Assembly: GCA_039024555.1 (NCBI GenBank)
Contig: JBCCQQ010000011.1
Span: 1-64,000, forward strand
DNA: 64,000 bases
Source: Cyanobacteria bacterium P01_D01_bin.156
GTDB lineage: Bacteria; Cyanobacteriota; Cyanobacteriia; Phormidesmidales; Phormidesmidaceae
Reading direction: 5' to 3'
Shown in pieces: positions 60,801 to 64,000 of the stretch (position 1 is its first letter; the number at the start of each line of letters is the position of its first letter). The position numbers were made by a program, and so were the translations under genes. The notes under the pieces are model-generated. The model was not told the DNA's origin and did no database searches. It was given only the letters and a program-made list of their open reading frames with translations.

Positions 60801-61440
60801 GTATAGCAGCTTCTACGGCTGTGCGATCCTCTGGATGAATACGCCTAACCCAAGCGTCGTAATCTTCCCCAAATGTCTCTGGAGAAGTGCCGTATAGTCT
60901 GTGCAGCCGATGATCCCATACCACCCTATTGCAAGGGATATCCCAATCCCAAATACCAATACCTGCGGCTTCTAAAGCTAAGTCCAATCGGGTAGATAAT
61001 TCTCGCAACTCAGCCTCAGTGTGTCGATGTGCAACGATTTCCTGCTCCAATTGTTGCCTTAAAGCCTCTAGTTCAGCGGGAGTGCGCAACTCTAACGCTT
61101 TGGGAATCAACGGAATGATGGCAATCGCTGCATATGCAGAGATCCCGGCTGTTATCGCTTTAAGAATACCGGCAACCCAGTAGCCCGAATGCCATAGATT
61201 CGAAACTCCAACCAAATGCGTAGTTCCACAAAAAATGATAACTACCGCAAAAAGTAGAAAATATTTCGAAAAGATCACATTGCGGCGCTTTCTGAGGAAA
61301 TATAAAAGAATAATGAGAATAAAATAGTAAACCAGCCCAATCAGGGTATCGGATACTAAATGTAATCCAACCAAGCTAGATGTCCATAAATTACAATAGC
61401 CACGGGGTATGTACTGGCTAAGCAAAAGGATACTGAACAT
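57790..61440 (-). CDS. Multi-PAS/GAF histidine kinase with ethylene-receptor-like N-terminal TM domain
   Basis: YIPRGYCNLW..LHLVSD..FCGTTH; about five PAS domains, GAF, ASHDLQEPLRK, NLLSNALKF, DNGIG, GSGIGL. Confidence 0.92.
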   Translation of the reverse strand: MFSILLLSQYIPRGYCNLWTSSLVGLHLVSDTLIGLVYYFILIILLYFLRKRRNVIFSKYFLLFAVVIIFCGTTHLVGVSNLWHSGYWVAGILKAITAGISAYAAIAIIPLIPKALELRTPAELEALRQQLEQEIVAHRHTEAELRELSTRLDLALEAAGIGIWDWDIPCNRVVWDHRLHRLYGTSPETFGEDYDAWVRRIHPEDRTAVEAAIQSALRDEAIYDIEYRVIHANGTIHYRKADGLVQWDDQGTPMRMIGTNYDITARKNAENLLIETEKRFTSLAATAPVGIFRADTHGNCIYVNEHLCSIAQLSREQMLGTGWTQGLYPEDRNNILAEWHKATSQNLPFKLEYRFGRPSGPVTWVYEEAVPEFNHAHEAVGYIGCLTNITERKQTEIRLKAAKNEVAQQEALFRNTFEQAAVGIGHVSLTGKLLRVNQRFCEIVGYAKAELLNLSFQDISHPEDLETDLDNVQQLLTGQVDTFRMEKRYLRKDGTVTWTNLTCSLVSGHSGKPGYLIGIVEDINARKQTEEMLRLYERAICTTPDHMSFIDCNYIYSMVNDAYARKFGKSKAEIIGHSVAELLGEDAFLQTVKPNLDRTFAGDKVNYQSLFSLTDELQEYLDVTYVPYCEEDGTITGAVVSVRDISKIYAAELALTHQARRAEALLELPQLAEQLDEQEFMQQAQDIAKTLTGSQMTFLYLVHGDQETFELVNGEQRPLTALGNTVCKPQPSIDQARILADVLHQRQPVIYNCPCDPSSHDQGLLKERELKEHEQLNRLLSVPVIENGKVVMLTGVGIKNNNYTDMDVETVQLIANLVWRTVQHYRALQTSRLLAAVVQSTEDAIITKDLSGVVTSWNAGAEKLLGYSALEAIGQPVTMLSPMDHVAEASQSFEQLKQGKGIEQFETARRHKNGKLLDVSLTISPLRDRSGQIIGDSTIMRDISARKVAEQKLKTEIIARQQVIKTLQHTTERLEESNQELQDFAYVASHDLQEPLRKVQAFGDRLSHTCQDGLSERGQDYLARMLNAAVRAQTLINDLLSFSRVTTQAKPFTPTDLAQVMAGVLSDLEVRIEQTRATVDVDPLPTIDADRTQMQQVFQNLLSNALKFHKPDVIPEIQVRVLHSLVGEKEVCELRVIDNGIGFDVKYCDRIFQPFQRLHGRKVYEGSGIGLAICRKVIRRHGGTLRAESQPGEGSIFIATLPVHHFQGEENVSTTE

Positions 61441-61940
61441 TTTGGAGAATAACCTTTGGATTTCTCAAATCAGCTCAATGCACTCCTAATTATTAATTAT
61501 TTTTGATTAGTATTCTCGTCTGAAAAACGGTTTAAATCTGTCAATATCAATCTCATAAAATCGACTTATTTTTATTCAAAAGCTATATTCAATAGTCACT
61601 TCACGCTCTAAGAAACCATTTTTCCCCTTGCAAACATTCAAATAAGTTTACAAGAGGAAATGTACGCCAACAGGGAGTTAAGAAACCTCTGTTGACAGCC
61701 AACAGAGAATAGTTGATGGATACCAATAGATAGCCAAAACATCTAAAAATGAAGTGTTCTAGGGAATCAGAAAAAGACTTTTCACTGAGTCATCCAAATC
61801 CTTAAATTATTAAAAAAATGTGAAACAGATTTACAGACCATCCATTTGTAAAAGGATTCGATAAACGTTCTATCTATAATGATATTGTTAGGGTCTGAAC
61901 ATAATTCTATAAGTGAGTTGTTAATTTTCCTTAGCTTGTG

Positions 61941-62004
61941 AACGAAATGTTGTTAATTAACTTATAAGGGTGCACTGCCAGAAGTTAATTAACAACATTT
62001 CGTT
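61941..62004. repeat. 23-bp perfect inverted repeat, 18-nt spacer
   Basis: AACGAAATGTTGTTAATTAACTT-ataagggtgcactgccag-AAGTTAATTAACAACATTTCGTT. Confidence 0.95.
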
Positions 62005-62234
62005 TTATCGATATCTTTAAGCCATTAAAGAAGCTTTTGAAGATATAAGAAAGTTAGCTAAGTCACCTCGTATTTTTATCTGTACACGTTTATAACAAAG
62101 TACATAGGCTTGCTACAAAGGCTCAGATCTTACTGGCAAAGTTTCACATGCGGCGGAAATTTGTGTGGCTAAAGTTACCATTGGCGAGGTAAACCTACGC
62201 TAAAGTCACACTTAATCGTTAAGCTAGCTCTGCT

Positions 62235-63341
62235 GTGCCTAATCTTACATCCCAGGATTTGGATGTTTCTCGCTTATTGTTTGATCTTAAGCGCTGTGGA
62301 GAGCTGGTGAGCAGATTTACAGGCTGGTTAGATCCGGATGCGATCGCAACCTGTGTCACCAACGGATTAGTAGAGCAATTTGGCTGTGCCTTTAGCCGCA
62401 TCTGGCTAGTGGAGCCTGACCGCACCACGCTGCGACTGGTATCTTCGTCGGGGTTATACACCCGCCTGGATGGGGACTTTGCTCGGGTCCCCATGGGCGC
62501 CTTTAAGGTGGGCAAAATCGCCCAGCACTGCATCCCTTTTTTAAGCAACTGCCTACCGGACGAAGACTGGGTCAAAGACCGGGAATGGGCCATCGCCAAT
62601 AATATCCAAGGATTTGCCGGACTGCCCTTGATGGTAGACAAGCAGGCCCTGGGGGTACTGGCAATCTTTAGCCATCAACCCATGGCACCGGAATTTTTAG
62701 AGGTGTTGCAAATCCTCTGTTTGTCTGTGTCTGGGGCGCTGGCCAGTGCCGTTAACCACCAAGCCCTATTACAAACACCGGAAACCGCCCACCTATCGGA
62801 ACAGATGGCCGCCATTTTGGGAGGACAACGGCTCAGCTTATTGGGAACAGAACAACCCCTGACGCTACCCGTTACTCAACTACTGCTCCAGATGGCCGAA
62901 CGTTTAGTACAGCTATCTTGCCAATACTGCCGTCTGGTGTACGACAACGACACAGTGGTGCTAGAAGCCATGGTGGCAACAACTCTGCGGCAGCCCCTCG
63001 ATCAAAGAGAGCTATTGGAGACGTTTCAGGACATTTTACTCACAGGACAGGCCCTAGGGGGTGAATTACAGCTACAGACGGGGCCTGACGTGGCTCAGCT
63101 ACGGTTACAGCTACCGCAGAAGGTTAGCCAGCCGGTTCGGATGCCGTCTCCACTGTCTGAACGGGAGTTGGAAGTGATGCAGCTATTGGCCCAGGGACAT
63201 CGCGATCGCGACATTGCAGAACAGTTATTTATCAGTGAGCGAACAGTTAAGTTCCACGCAAAAAATATGCTGGAAAAATTGGATGTACGGACACGGATTC
63301 AAGCCATCTTTGAAGCCACCCGCAAAGGGTGGTTAAGCTAA
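62235..63341 (+). CDS. GAF-domain LuxR-family transcriptional regulator
   Basis: GAF (SRIWLVEP, FAGLPL, GVLAIFS); C-terminal LSERELEV..RDIAEQLFISERTVKFH HTH. Confidence 0.9.
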   Translation: MPNLTSQDLDVSRLLFDLKRCGELVSRFTGWLDPDAIATCVTNGLVEQFGCAFSRIWLVEPDRTTLRLVSSSGLYTRLDGDFARVPMGAFKVGKIAQHCIPFLSNCLPDEDWVKDREWAIANNIQGFAGLPLMVDKQALGVLAIFSHQPMAPEFLEVLQILCLSVSGALASAVNHQALLQTPETAHLSEQMAAILGGQRLSLLGTEQPLTLPVTQLLLQMAERLVQLSCQYCRLVYDNDTVVLEAMVATTLRQPLDQRELLETFQDILLTGQALGGELQLQTGPDVAQLRLQLPQKVSQPVRMPSPLSERELEVMQLLAQGHRDRDIAEQLFISERTVKFHAKNMLEKLDVRTRIQAIFEATRKGWLS

Positions 63342-63353
63342 GCACGAATTCAC

Positions 63354-64000
63354 TTAATATCCCTGTTGTCGATTCACCGCTGTTGGCATCGTCCCCTTGG
63401 ATAGAAACACCATAATGTTCTCCATGGCAATTTTTGACGCTGTGGTTTTGTTGGTAGGTGCAGAAATGTGGGGTAAAACCGTAATCTGCGGATGGCTCCA
63501 AAATACATGGTCCTTGGGTAACGGTTCTTGGGAAAAAACATCTAGCACAGCATGATTGAGCTGGCCTGCATTTAAGGCATTGAGCAACGCTGTGTCATCA
63601 ACAATGGGTCCCCGAGCAAAATTAATTAGAGATGCCCCCTCTGGCATATTGTTAAAGGCATTCGCATCTAACAAACCGTGGGTTTCATGGGTCAGCGGCA
63701 GAAGAATCACCACAATATGGCTACTTTGCAATACGTGTCGCAGACCGTTAACACCAGAACAACTATTAATGCCCAGACAATTGCCTCCACTGCGACTCCA
63801 ACCATAGACGGTAAATCCATTGTCAATCAATCTAGACGCTGCTTTTATCCCCAGCTTGCCAAGGCCAAGGATGCCAACAGTGCGGTCTTGAGGTAACGGC
63901 ACACAATGCTGAGCCCAAATATGTTGTGCTTGCTGCTGACGATATGTGGGCATATCTCGATGCAAATAGAGCACCCAGGCCAACACTGCCTCAGCCATGG
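63354..64000 (-). CDS. ghrA: Glyoxylate/hydroxypyruvate reductase A-like 2-hydroxyacid dehydrogenase (5' end outside window)
   Basis: GILGLGKLG, LLPLT, INFARG, LDVF..EPLP, LPHISA. Confidence 0.85.
   Translation of the reverse strand, partial: MAEAVLAWVLYLHRDMPTYRQQQAQHIWAQHCVPLPQDRTVGILGLGKLGIKAASRLIDNGFTVYGWSRSGGNCLGINSCSGVNGLRHVLQSSHIVVILLPLTHETHGLLDANAFNNMPEGASLINFARGPIVDDTALLNALNAGQLNHAVLDVFSQEPLPKDHVFWSHPQITVLPHISAPTNKTTASKIAMENIMVFLSKGTMPTAVNRQQGY

Larger units (their letters stand above)
1..64000. repeat. Dispersed HIP1 octamer GCGATCGC
   Basis: Many copies, e.g. 1558, 5312, 10851, 43081; characteristic of cyanobacteria. Confidence 0.9.

Overview
Chromosomal window from a cyanobacterium. 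Evidence: frequent HIP1 GCGATCGC octamers, flavodiiron protein, Mg-chelatase H, DUF3110, and a canonical NtcA promoter; the gene content suggests a filamentous Leptolyngbya-like organism (inference). Most of it is housekeeping and signalling: tsaC, murQ, NCS2 permease, glnN, ppk2, glmU, mnmD-like, rsmD, flv3-like, desC, glcF, ltaE, bchH/chlH paralogue, six c-di-GMP enzymes and two ethylene-receptor-like histidine kinases. The best candidate for an undescribed system is the two-gene operon at 25768-30662, between flv3 and desC. It encodes a 1173-aa secreted coiled-coil protein and a 452-aa protein whose N-terminal part fits a divergent CHAT/caspase-like protease (His87/Cys241, with a large insertion). 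That part is fused to a 2-TM module with its own AGGAGG ribosome-binding site and ATG. A decayed SPFH/slipin gene lies next to the operon. Other signals: a 97-bp MITE in two copies with compensatory changes in its terminal repeats, three long perfect inverted repeats, several pseudogene remnants, a Lys-rich PPK2 extension, a HisKA-EAL fusion and a probable pseudo-histidine kinase. No rRNA, tRNA or CRISPR array was recognised. All family calls come from motif recognition by eye; no database search was run.
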